DNA of 63,084 nt, filler included, from Sphacelaria rigidula (Eukaryota): NCBI GenBank assembly GCA_964200075.2. It is 8 parts of 8 records of this genome, joined end to end, with 100 filler letters (N's around TTAATTAATTAA, not from the genome) between each part and the next. Parts side by side here need not be neighbours in the genome. Positions count along the whole stretch, not along the records: positions 1 to 7,799 come from CAXNAA020013423.1; positions 7,900 to 15,698 come from CAXNAA020013424.1; 6 more parts are not named here. The stretch is one strand, 5' to 3'. A program made the translations under genes and the position numbers. Each line of letters begins with the position of its first letter. The first letter of the stretch is position 1. Shown here one piece after another: positions 1 to 12,151 of this stretch. The notes under the pieces are model-generated. The model was not told the DNA's origin, searched no databases, and was given only the letters and a program-made list of their open reading frames with translations.

Positions 1-57
1 TGTCTTCTCCTCTCCCCTTCCCCCCCCCCCCCCCCCCCCCGCCGGGGGGGGGGGGGG

Positions 58-108
<51 letters not shown>

Positions 109-1256
109 CGTCTGTTGCTAAAAGTTTTAACATAGGAGGTGTACCCGTTTTTTGTCTTCCCACGCGAAAGATTTTTTTTGGGGGGGGGGAAAGCGTGCAA
201 TAGTAGAAAAAAGGAAATCTCAACAGCGAGTTTAATGTACTGCTCCTGCAAAATTGATGCAGGTATGAAAATAGTGGAAGCTGCCACCAACCATCACGTT
301 TCGTTTCACACGAATACATGGCTCAATAACTCAACACACCTCAGGTAGACTACGCACTGACGTTTTTTTTTAACACACACAAACACCCCCTTCGTCGCCC
401 CTCCATTCGCCTGTGTAACATAAGGTTATTCTTGCATAAAGTGTTAGAACACCATATCAGGGTGAGTATTCGCTCTTGGGCAAGAGATTCAATCTATCAG
501 TGTCCGCCATCAATGCAAGAATTATGAAGAGATACCTCGGTCCCTCGACAGAACTATTGTGGACATTTTTTTCCCCCTCGTTGCGTGAGGTTACTGCCTT
601 CATGATCGTTGACTTCATTTTGATCATACCATTTTTAGTTGAATTTTTCTCCGTATTTCCCTGTATACATCCGTGTCCTTCGTTTGTGACCACGGCTGAG
701 TTAGTCCCGGATCGGTCCATGCGAGATATCCAATGAATGAAAGGATGAACAGATGGATCAGTATCACATTGGTATCTTCATGCGTTGATGATACTAGAAT
801 AATACTCACAACAATCGATGTTTAAGAAATGCGGGGGGATAAAAGCAATGTTCTGAAAACTGCGGCAATGGCACGTGCATGTTTTTCTATGTCGACCAAA
901 ATAAATTTTACGAATAACATTTGTGTCTGTTCTACCCTCTGAGCATGTAGATTACATGGTGAAAAGTGGTATTGCGTACAGACTAGAATCTGCTGTCTAT
1001 TGCAATGGACGTGATGGTCGATACCGTACGCAGTACACTTCTCGACGATGCAACGCATTGTCCAGAGTGTGTTATATTCAACCAAAGTCAAACATTGACG
1101 TTTTTTGCCTTCTCCTCTATTGGTTGATGGAACGACTGATGATATTCACGAGATGAAAAGAGGAGACAGGAGTTGCTTGCTTCCGTTTCGCTTTTAAAAA
1201 TAATCAATCGCCCTTGTTTGTTTCACGCGTGCCGCTCGCTCCTGCCTCTGAAACAG

Positions 1257-2480
1257 GTGACAAGACTTCAGCTCGTGAGTTGGCCATCAAGGAGGGCGTC
1301 CCGGTAGTACCGGGTACCGATGGGCCGGTGACGACTATCAAGCAAGCTCGCGACTTCATCGAGGGCAGCGGGGTCGGGTAAGAGAAAGTTGGGACTCGGG
1401 CCAGAGTGTCTTATGCATACGTCGTGTCGGGTGTGGTGCTTGTGTGCTGTCGAGTTTTGTTCATAAGTACCGTTGAGTTTGGTGCACATGTATTGCTGAG
1501 TTTGGTGCACATGTACTGCTGAGTTGGGTGCACATGTACTGCTTGGTTTGGTGGACATGTGCTGTCGAGTTTGGTGCACATGTGCTGTTGAGGTTATAGT
1601 GCCCATGAACTGCTGGGTTTGGTGGACATGTGCTGTCGAGTTCGGTGCCCATATGCTGTTGAGGTTGTAGTGCCCATAAACTGCTGGGTTTGGGAAAATC
1701 AGTCCAAATACCGGAAATCAAAAATCGATAGTCGATGATGATTTGAATCGACAAAAATCGGCGTTTTCAGTCGGCGCATTCCGGTTCGCAGAATCGCCAA
1801 TTTCAGCCGCATTTTTTATTTTTCTTGTACTTTTCTTCCGATCTTGAGTCAACATACAGTAGTGATAAGGGTGACTTGTCACATGATGGGGACTCTAGCG
1901 TAAAAAAACAACAAAGCGAGGCTACCCGAAAAAAATATGAAGACTGGAAACAGATAACTCGTACTGATAAATTACCATTACATGTACACATCACTACTCA
2001 TGTGTAAGTTTTTCACTTGGTCGATCAGAACTTTCCCGGATATTTGTCACTGAACACCAATACCAGGAATGGTTGGCGGTATGACAGCCCGCGAGCGCTT
2101 CACTTATAGCGTGCGCGAAACGCGTTTTCGTCAAAATCGGTGTTGGCGGCGCCGATTCGAGAGAGACCTCCCAACGCACCCACTTGACCAGGAGAACACT
2201 TGCCCCACTCCCCTCCCACCCACCCCCTCCCCTCGCCCGAGGGTTTTCAGTATACCGTGGGTTAGGGTCAGGGTGAAGGTTAGCGTTGGTTCGAAATCAT
2301 ATATTCGTGAGAAAATTGTTCGAAGAGTAAATCTACCAAGGGATAATACACAACTCGATCAAAAGCAGGCAGCACCTGTCCTTTAACCCTGCCTGTCCCC
2401 TCCCGCGCGTCCCCCCTTTACCTAGCAACTCCTTTGTGGTCAGTGGTCAAATGACTAGGGCAAGCAACAAAAAGAGCACG

Positions 2481-2513
<33 letters not shown>

Positions 2514-3106
2514 CCCCGCGCCAACACCCCGGCCCCCCCTTTTCCCCCAACCCCCTATGGGGGGGGGGGGCGGGGNNNNNNNNNNGCGTGCGAACCGCCG
2601 AGGCGACAACAAAAAAAGCCCCCCCCCCCCCCCCCCCCCCCCCCTCCCTCCCCGTCTCGCCCGGTTCGAACGTCAGGTACCCTGTTATCATCAAAGCTGC
2701 TATGGGCGGTGGGGGGCGGGGAATGCGTGTTGTCAACGCCTCAGAGGAGCTCGAGGAGAACTACCACCTGGCCACCTCCGAGGTGTTTACTCTCCCATAT
2801 ACATTTTTATCGGTATCATATTCACGTACTTCTCTGACCCGCGGTGCTAGGGTACACGAAGGATGGAGGGAAAACCGCAGTTGTATGTTTGTGTTATGTA
2901 AAACGCGTGGATAGCAAAAGCAGGCAGAGCTGAGGGAAAAATATAGCCGTGGGCTGTGAGCTGAGCGAGCATGCAGCAACACGGGGGATAACGCGCGACA
3001 TCGTCGGGAAGGCCGATTCAAGGAGTAGGCCCATTTTTTTTCCTTGTAGGGAAACGATATGAGACGACCGAAGACTGACCGACAGCGCGTGTCACCACTC
3101 CCTCTT

Positions 3107-3139
<33 letters not shown>

Positions 3140-5600
3140 CCCTATCCTCTCCCCACATGATGTTCTTCGAAGCCCCTTGTGCTGTTAGTTGTTGTTTCTG
3201 TTTACAGGAGCTATAGCGAAAGCTATGTTGCGTTTTCTATCATACAACGTCTCGTTTCTCGCACAACGGCATGCTATCCCCGAAAATTTCCCCCCAAACT
3301 ATGGGACCGCCCGATAACCGGGGATTTACGACAACGAGAAAAAACGCTCACGGGAAATTTCGGTATGACGTCAAGTACATGTGTGCTATTTTTCACCGGT
3401 AGGGCGAGTCATCACGGGTTCGAATCACCAGATCTACGATTTCTGAGGCCTGATTCCTCGAAAGAGGGGAAAACATCCGACCGCAGACCAAGAAGGCCTT
3501 GAGGTACTTTTGCGCTGTTCGACGTCATGCCTGCGGTGCGCGTATCGTCGGGTGCAACGCTGAAAACGAGGCTTCAGGATTGAGTCATACGGCACGAAAT
3601 ATACGAAGTATTATTACACTTGGAGCAAGCAGTTTTTGATACGAATCGTCATTTGCCCGATCCTTGACACTCTTCGGCCAATTCTCATGGGTCTGGAAGA
3701 AAAATCTCCCTCTTTTCAGGCGAAAGACAACGAGAAGTGCCCGAAACGCACTTCTCAACAGGATTTTTTCGCCGAACCTTCGAAAATGAGTCTCACCGTC
3801 AATTTCGAAAAATCTGCATGAGGTTTCGCGGATGAGTGTGCTTGGGGTGTTGACCGCTGGCCTGTATTTTCAGGATGGTCGGAAAACGTTGCACACGCGC
3901 GTCACGTCCGTGAAGAAGGTTATTCATGACAGCGAACTCATTCACTTCATTTATTCATTTTGTCTTTTCCCCGTCCAAAAAACAGAGGAAAAAAAAACAA
4001 AGACTAAAAAACATTCTTGCTCATCCCCACCATATATTTGCTTTGATTGTATTGCCATTTGTTCCAGTTTTGTATCGATATTAAAATATTTTTTCAGCTG
4101 AAATGTGGGATTTTTGTTATTTTATTGATGAAATGGAACGGAAACAAAATGAAAAACAGGCGCTCGCCGCCTTCGGCGACGGCAGCATCTTCATCGAGCG
4201 GTACGTGAAGGACCCCAGGCACATCGAAGTTCAGATTCTCGGTGATGGCACAGGTATGATTGGTTAATTGAGGATGAGCTGGAATTGTTCTGAACGTCTT
4301 TTTTTGTCGTTGTATTTATATTATCCGTTTCTTAGAACTCGGAAATGATTTGCTCAACCGTTAAAGAGTTGAATGGTGACGCATAGCGCACTCATTAGCC
4401 AGTTAAATGGTACATAGTGGTTTGGTCATGAAGCGGCGCAGCCTCGAGCCAAAAAGCTCCCCCCGGCAGAGGGGACCCCGCCGGAGGCGGAGGGCCCCGT
4501 TGGAGGCGTCGTGCCGGAGAAATACATCGAATTTGGGCCGATGTTCAAGGGCTGGATGTAGCATACGTAGCCGGTAACAGCTTATAAAGCCGGTAACGGT
4601 AAATAATGGTTTGAAACCATTCTCCAAACTTTTCATGTAAATATTATCGTTGTTACCATTATGATGACAATGGCCAGTTATAACTGGTACCATTTCTGAG
4701 CTCTACCGTTTGTTGCTCGCTGATGGTACAGGTACGATTGATTGATGCAGTAGAGTTAACCAGAGTCGAACTAAAAAGTTGGATAACTTGAGTCAAGTAA
4801 GAACAACGAAAATCGGATATTTTAATGGGGTTTGACAGTCCCGTCGTGCTCCTATTAATAGCGTGCACAGAACGCGTTTTCGTTCCAATCGGCATATGCT
4901 TCGAGAGTTCTCGGTATGTCTTGGGGTGGGGTTAGGGTGAGGGTTCCGCGATATGATGGCTGTGAAATGTCTCAACCTGGGATAAAATGCAGCCCAACTC
5001 TGGTCAACCCACCTTGATTGATTGATGAGCTAGATTGTTTCTCATCGTCTCTCGTTATATTCACAGTGCCCGTTCGTTGCTCGTTGGCGCTCCTCTAGTC
5101 TTGGATTGTCAGGAGGGACTGAACTTCTTTTGCTGTATCCATAGTCCCATTTTGTTGCGTTTTGGAGCTCCCCTAGTTTTGGATTGCCAGGAAAGAATTC
5201 CCTTTCGTGATGTTTTCTGCGCGGTATATACCTCAGCGGTAAGCGTCATCCCTCAGCGTTAGGGGTAGCTTGGGTTCCACCAAGAGGCTCATTAACCCTT
5301 TGACGGCAGTAATATCTCTACTTGATTGTACTCTCAAGGAAGGCAAAAATGTGGCCCATCAATCCGCGTATTGTACGAAATCGTACAGCGCCATTTGAAA
5401 AAATGAAGCTACTACTGTACTGTGTGACCCCCCTCTCGTTTTTCTTGTGTTTTGTTTCTTTTTTTCGTTTCTTGTTTTTTTGTTTTTTTGCTGCAGGTGA
5501 CATTGTGCACTTGTACGACCGTGACTGCAGCGTTCAGAGACGCCACCAGAAAGTGGTGGAGACGGCGCCCGCCATGCTCCTCAAGCCCGAAACTCGCCAG
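1257..5600 (+). CDS. PC: Pyruvate carboxylase, biotin carboxylase domain (partial; 4 internal exons: 1257-1377, 2677-2782, 4160-4253, 5497-5600)
   Basis: Four AG/GT-bounded exons splice in consistent phase to [24 protein letters not shown]...[20 protein letters not shown]...[59 protein letters not shown]. These are ATP-grasp biotin carboxylase motifs; [14 protein letters not shown] and [21 protein letters not shown] fit pyruvate carboxylase best among the biotin carboxylases. The 5' and 3' exons were not found on this contig. Confidence 0.9.
1441..1692. repeat. ~23-bp minisatellite (GAGTTTGGTGCACATGTACTGCT), about 11 degenerate copies, in a PC intron
   Basis: Visible tandem periodicity; explains the repetitive ORFs 1268-1606 and 1461-1754. 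Confidence 0.85.
2105..2330. mobile_element. Interspersed non-autonomous repeat with (TAACCC)-like tract; related copies at ~4868-4950, ~7990-8070, ~8338-8548, ~14070-14268, ~38060-38215
   Basis: Shared core TTGGCAGACCTCAAATCGACGCC..GCCGATTTGGACAA and a degenerate (TAACCC/TAACGC)n stretch, in both orientations on several contigs. Confidence 0.65.
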
Positions 5601-7009
5601 GTGAACAAACAAACAAGCACGCGAAGAGAGAAGAGAAGGGATGAAAAAAGACGAAAACATATGGGAAAATACGAGAGAAGAATGAAATGGGAGAACAAAC
5701 AGGGGGTGGGAAAGTGGCGAGGAAAAAATATGGGGGCAGACCGCAAAAAAAATCCGAACGTGATGATGAAATTATGCCGTCGTCTTCAAATCTCGCATCT
5801 GTTTTGTCTCTCGATGACTCTTGCTGCACTTTACTCCCTTCTGTTCTTACTATTTTTGTTGGTCATACAATCCTTGAAACTTCACGTACACCACACCTTG
5901 GATGAAAGAGATTTTTTTTTCATGTTACACTCTGAACCCCTTCTCTTCCTAGGGAAGAGTCCGGTGTCTCGAAGACTTAACCCGTCCCGACTTTGTTGGG
6001 ATGCGAGCTCAATGTGTTCGTATGACCATGGCATGCATGATCGATCATGAGTACACCGCCCCGGTACACCCCCTGGCATTTAGGTCTCGCGTATTGAGTC
6101 ATGACTATCAGGACTCTCACACCGCGTCAATTCTCCTCAAACAAGCTCAGTCAACTGTCTTCGGTCTACACGCACGTACCCGTGTCTTCGACCATGGGAA
6201 TCAGATACTTGACAGCAAAAAACGAAACCCAAGTTGTCTCCACCCATATAGTGACGGTCGGAGCACTAGACCACCTGGGCGCGGCGATCTTACTTTGAGA
6301 AAATGTTGTAACAGATATTGGGTCCGATACTGCTGTGCGTACTGCTCCTCCTTGCCGGTGTAATCTCTTGTCCAGAGTGTGATGTTTACACAGAATGTGT
6401 ATGTATGAATGATTGAGTGTATGTACGTTTATCTTGAGAGGACAATCTTGACATTTCTTGACTTTGACCGCGGTCCTGTATTAATCGACAACATCCATGA
6501 CAGATCATTCCCACGATAGGGCTGCCTCATTATGCCCCGTCTTACAGACAACATATGTCATGTGTCACTCTCCACGACGAGCAGTTCGCTCGTCGTCCGA
6601 TCCACGAGGGGAGGGGTACTCACTGACTGTACGTACCATATGGCTGCCGTACTTGGCGTGCACCCGACACTGCATCGACAAACCTGGAGTTTTACCGCCA
6701 GTGCACCGGTGCACAGTCAATACCCGCGGTAGATCGGTACAATCGCCAGCCTTCCGTGAGGAGAGAAGCTTGAGGTTCTCAATTGGCGTCGACGACACTT
6801 GAAATCTTGGTTGTGATGGTTTTTTTTTTTCTGGTACGTTGTGTTCCATGTTTTCCCCCCCTGCAATGTCGTGTCGCGGTCACACGGTTCGTAACTGTAC
6901 ACATCCTCCATTTTTCCCAGTGTATATAGATTTCTGTACCTATCTACGTGCAATTCCTGGCTCTGTTTACCTGTCACATCCCTCTGATGTGAATATTACA
7001 CACCCTCTA

Positions 7010-7158
7010 CAATTTGTGGTCAATAGATGCAATAGACGAGAAGTGTACTGCATGAAGTACAGGCCTGTTGCAACTATTGCCTGCCGACAATAGTCGTGAT
7101 AGATCTCTACTTTAGGCAGTATGTTTCTTGTCTGTTGCAACTATTGACCATATATTGT
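7010..7158. repeat. Imperfect ~150-bp fold-back hairpin centred near 7084
   Basis: CAATTTGTGGTCAATAGATGCAATAGACGAGAA... pairs with ...TTCTTGTCTGTTGCAACTATTGACCATATATTG, with inner ACTATTG/CAATAGT around a short loop. Confidence 0.65.
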
Positions 7159-7799
7159 CCAAGGTGTGCAATATTCACAGGTCGGACAACTTGCGAGGTA
7201 CTTGAAATAACTAATCGAAGTGGGCTCTCAGCCCGGTCGCCCAAAAAACAAAAAAAATCGTTACAGCACGGTCCGAGAAGTGAATGCCCTACCTTTGCGA
7301 TACCCTGCGTGCTGTAGTGAGCATAGCCTGGACATGAAAATACACCATGAAAAAAGTGTGCTGCGTACAGTATCGACTACTGCGCCTATTGCAGTAGACA
7401 ATATATTCCATAATGTACGCAGTACATTTTTTTACAGAAAATTACGTTGTTCAGGGTGTGGTATGGAGCAAACATGAAAACAGGGGCACTTGATGAGGTA
7501 GCTCATGGTCCGGATCGGTACACTGAGAAGGAGTAAAATTCGGGCAGCTCATGAGATGTCTAACTTGTGTAAATATAGATATGTCTTGAAATATAATATA
7601 GCCGATGAACCCGGCCGCAGTCGGATGTCCAGTGTTACAAATGTTTTCAGAAGTCGCTTTTTGCCTCTCTCTTTTTTTTTTTTTCAAGTGCACTTGTGTG
7701 CGGGAAAAAAAAATAGAGAGCATATTCATATGTCGGGATATTCTGTTGATAACACAATGACCGATCGATTGATTTATTGTTGCCCTTGTGATCGGAAAA

Positions 7800-7899
7800 N
7801 NNNNNNNNNNNNNNNNNNNNNNNNNNNNNNNNNNNNNNNNNNNTTAATTAATTAANNNNNNNNNNNNNNNNNNNNNNNNNNNNNNNNNNNNNNNNNNNN
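7800..7899. other. Artificial contig spacer N44-TTAATTAATTAA-N44 (also 15699-15798, 23597-23696, 31495-31594, 39393-39492, 47291-47390, 55188-55287)
   Basis: Identical 100-bp six-frame-stop linker recurring every ~7.9 kb; contig lengths decrease from 7799 to 7797. Confidence 0.98.
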
Positions 7900-9574
7900 A
7901 CCGTTCCTACTCCTAATAGAGACACCTCCAACATTCTGGCGCTCATTACTTTCCTTCTGTAGCTCATTACGGGAACGGGGGGGTGGGTGCAGAGAGTGTC
8001 TGAGGCGAAGTGTGTGTTGGCAAACGTCGAATCGGCGCCTGCGGTACCGATTTTGGAGAAAAACGCGTCGTAGGCGAACCAGGAGCATTTGGGACTGCCC
8101 GCCCCTCTGCAAATCCGAATGTCGGTGGTGTTCACACTGAAATCAAGTTGAAACCGCTGTTTCCCACCATTTGGTAGTCTCTGTTGTCATTCATTACTGT
8201 AGCTTAGCACGTTGTCCGTGCGTGACCTTGCATAAATCTTTTTCGTAATTTCGATGAGAAACTGTGTTTTTTTTTGTGTGTGAGGTGTGTGCGCACGCAG
8301 CACACGCACAGAAAAAGGGTCGGCACCCGTTCGTTCAGAAGTGACCCAAAGTTTTGGTCGTATATCTATGGTTGGTTTTTTCGAACAAACTAACAGTAAC
8401 GCTAACGCTAACGCTAACCCTAACCCTAAGCCCGACTCAAGGCGTGCAAGACCCTCGAACAAGGGGGTGCGTAGGTTCCCCTATAGGCAAAGTGTGCGTT
8501 GGCAGACCTCAAATCGACGCCGCAGGCGCCGATTTGGACAAAAACGTGAAAGATCGGAGCGTAGCGGGATGTGCGGTTTGTGGATCGGGTACGAATGTGA
8601 AAGGGCTAGGCTAATGTGAGGGGATTGTGGAACGATCTATGTAACAGATATATCACAGAGGTTGAGAGCTGAGCTTGGGGCAACGAGGAAAGACGGGGGC
8701 CAGCAGTTGAGTTTGAGCTCTTTCTTTCATATGATGTTCCACACTCATGAGCGGAGCAAAACGTTCTGGACGAGCTGGGTCCAACTGCTGGCTCATCTGC
8801 CCCCAAACCATGAATTTACTCGAAACTTTTTTCCAAGTCTAAAATCGAGTAGTCATGTTCTCAACCATGATAGATATACGACCAAAGCTTGCACACGTCG
8901 GACAGCTCATATGAACAATCTGAAATTGCTCATGGAAGAGAACTCTCAGATCCAGTGTACAGGAACACAAAACACGTGACAGCAGTGTCCGAGAAGCCAA
9001 AGCGTTACCTTCCCCCGCTACACCACGTTCTCGGCGTGCATCGTTTTTTTTTTTTCACACTTTGAACCCCTCCCCTTCCTCGGAATCAGTCCGTGGTCTC
9101 AAGGGATCAACCCATCCTTCCCCCGGTGGGTGCCTTTCATTTTGATCTCGCGGATTGGATCAGCATTCCCGCACCGCGTCATCTCACGTCACACCAACCC
9201 AGCCGACCGCTTTTGTTTACTCACGTTCTCACCCTTTCCACGATGGAAATCATATATTACGAAGAAAAAACCCAACGCATCGGGAATCTACCCCCGTTCT
9301 CTCCACCCTAAAGGCGACAGTCGGACCATTACACCACCGGGGCGCGGCGGCGCTGTCGGGAGCTAATACGGAAATTGTGGCCGAATGAGCTAGCTCATGA
9401 TCGGGATAAGTACTCTAATAACAAGTAATATCCAGGTAGCTCATGAGCAGCTGTCCGACGTGTGAAAGCTTCAGGTCTACTGCCCGTTCTAATGATCCCA
9501 ATTTAGAATCGAGGAAGGATTGACCACTGGCGTTCTCCGGAGCTCTTTTTTTCCCCGAAGATGTCATGGTGTTA

Positions 9575-10762
9575 CAGGCTGGGCCAGTCTACAAGCGGAT
9601 TTGTGCTTTGCAGGCGAATTCGCATTATTTTTCTTAGAGTTAGAAAGTGAAATTTGGTATGGACAATCAGCAGGGCATGAAGAAGAGCTGCCTGTGAGGT
9701 CCAAAAGTTTTTTTTTTCGTGGGTCAAGGGCATTTTGCTGAAACCTCAAAACTGATTTTTGCGTTTAACTCACGAAAAAAATCGCCGGGATCTCACAAAC
9801 AGCTTTTCTTCATGCCCTGTTGATTGTCCATACCAAATTTCACTTTCCAACTCCACGAAAAAAGTTGCGAATTAACCTTTGAAAAACCGAGGCGGCGAAA
9901 ATTCGGAACAGTATTTTGCAGGCCGTTCATCGGCCCACGTTTGGTGTTTGTGGGTTGAAACTTTGTGCTTGACCTTGCTAGATCGTGATGAACCAAGAAA
10001 AAGGGGTGAGGTTGGGTTTTACTATTTTTTTCACTGACTGAGAGCGTTTTAGTATGGTGACGATGATTTTTTGACGAGAACGCCCGAACCTCTCATGAAT
10101 AAAAAAATGAAGGCCCATTTTATTTTAACTCAGCATACCTCTGTCGTTTTCCATGCCAAGTTTGAAATCACAATTCTAAAAATTGAGCTGAAAAATTTAG
10201 ATAACGCCCAAGAGCAATGTTCATTTCTCCTCAAAACCCCCCTGAAAACATGAAAAAGGATGAGAAAAAACGAAAAAGCCGTGTTTTTTATTTCAATCTG
10301 CACTAGCGGTTCTCCATACCAAATTTCATAGTACAACTCTCAAAAACTGAGACGCGATATCCAGATTTAGGTCATCTAGTGCCTCTGCTCGTAATATACT
10401 GATTTTAGTATAGAACCTTGTGTGCGCCATTTCTCGAGATAGATAACGAATTAGGTGAAAGTGAGGGTATCTATCATCTCCCCGTGCTCCAGGGAAGGTC
10501 CACACCAAAAATCGTCATCATCCGCTTGATCGATCGTTCGGGGATTCATATATATTTTAGTGTGGACGCTATCTCCGCTAGGTATGAGAATTACTATATA
10601 TGAGGTTTACTCGACGAGAAAAAATTGGTCCAGATTTTTGAGCAGATGGGCACCTTCGCCTTTTAGACAATTTATACGATACGTGGATCACGGCCCAACT
10701 CGTCTGTGTCGTTGAGATATCGCTCTGAGAGCTTGAATCCGTTTTTAGGCTGGCCCAGCTCG
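9575..10762. mobile_element. Non-autonomous TIR DNA transposon with TA target duplication (Tc1/mariner-type), ~1.19 kb, copy A
   Basis: TA|CAGGCTGGGCCAG ... CTGGCCCAGCTCG|TA; interior collinear with 12152-13535 and, reversed, ~36620-37798; no transposase ORF. Confidence 0.8.
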
Positions 10763-11504
10763 TACGGAACAGGAGAACCAAGACGGGAGCATATGAACCA
10801 GTTCTGAGAGCGGGCACAAAAATTCTCTTCGACCCGAGTGGGAGGAGGGGGGGGGGGCGGGGGAATGACACTGCAATGACCCGGCTGACCGTTTCAGACA
10901 TGATGCGGGTTCGAAATCAAAGTGAAGAATGATTCCGAAGCTGAAGGAGATGCAAGTGCTGACCGTTGGTGTTTCTCGGAGCCTTTTCAGCAGATGTCAG
11001 AGCGGCACAGAGCAAAAAACCCGAGACGGGAACATTTTAACCTTTTTTAACCGCGAGGGTAGGTTCATTTGTTGAATCGGCATCAATTTCACTCGAAAAA
11101 AGTGTGCGTAATCCGGGTGGACTACCCGTGTCGTGGTCTAAGAGTGGTCCGGTTTCGAGTGAGGGGGGCACGCCTTTCAACCCGACAGAGGGGAAAAAAA
11201 AATGATTCTGTACTGCAATGACCCGGCGGACCGTCTTTAGACGTGATGCCGATTCAATATCAGAAAGTGAACGTGGACGTCGATCAGAAAGTGTGAAACG
11301 ACCCGACTGACCGTTTTATAGACGTGGTGTTGATTCAAATTCAAAAAGGTGATTGTGCCGGTCCGAAAGTGATGACGAAAAAGGAAAGGCTACGAGTACT
11401 TGTAGAGCAATAATGTTGGATACCGTATCGAAATATCTTCGTCGTTGTCGTATCGAAAACATTTCGAGAAAACGAGAAAACGTGCAGTGTGATTATCAGG
11501 TTTT

Positions 11505-11714
11505 CAAGGGCAGGTCGAGTAGAGTATACTCAACTGTGGGGTATTTTGAAAGTCGAACTTGAAGTACACAAGTTGGAGGTACTGTAGGGTTTTAGCGATC
11601 GCTCTCCACTTACTTTTTGGGTACGGCTCTCAACACTCTACCCTAATTGGAGTACCCCAAGTACATCTTTCAAAATACCCCGCAACTAAGTATACTCTAC
11701 TCGACCTGCCCTTG
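11505..11714. mobile_element. hAT-type MITE, 210 bp
   Basis: Long TIRs CAAGGGCAGGTCGAGTAGAGTATACT...AGTATACTCTACTCGACCTGCCCTTG; 8-bp flanks CAGGTTTT / CGGGTTTT (one mismatch), the TSD length typical of hAT. Confidence 0.85.
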
Positions 11715-12151
11715 CGGGTTTTGTCGAATCCAGACACGTTTTCTCCTAGGCTGGAAGACCTTGATTATACCAATTTCGATGGGAAATGAAGCCAAAGCCA
11801 TGTATCCCATTTTTTTTGCCTCCGGCGGCGCCTCCCGTCGTCACAAGCCCGGGGGGGGGGGGGCATTTGGGGCTTGCACAGCGAGCGGACTCTCTGCGCC
11901 CGCCGCGGGTCGGCTTCGCCGAGATTTATCGGAACTCATCGTTATCGAACGCTGAGAAAGTCAACATCGTTTCGAAGTGCTGAATGGTTCGATATCCAAC
12001 ACAACTACAGCAGCAGAACAGAAACAGCGAAAACCGAAAGAGACATGCGTGCGAGATCCGAACAAGCTCGAGGTGTAAAACCCATGCAGAACACAGCACG
12101 GAGAACGAATGCAATCCAAACCCAAGTAGGAACAGATTCCGCTCTACTGTA

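Noticed and set aside
2400..2660. Proline/glycine-rich ORFs and G-quadruplex-like tract
   Set aside because: Homopolymer runs around a 10-N gap; low-quality sequence in an intron. The same applies to 1-110.
5322..6050. 242-aa ORF as a complete gene
   Set aside because: Only 5497-5600 is a PC exon; the rest is intron read-through.
7844..7855. Recurrent TTAATTAATTAA motif as a regulatory or recombination site
   Set aside because: Synthetic linker between N runs.
8395..8430. Telomere or interstitial telomere
   Set aside because: Only a few degenerate units, embedded in a dispersed repeat family.
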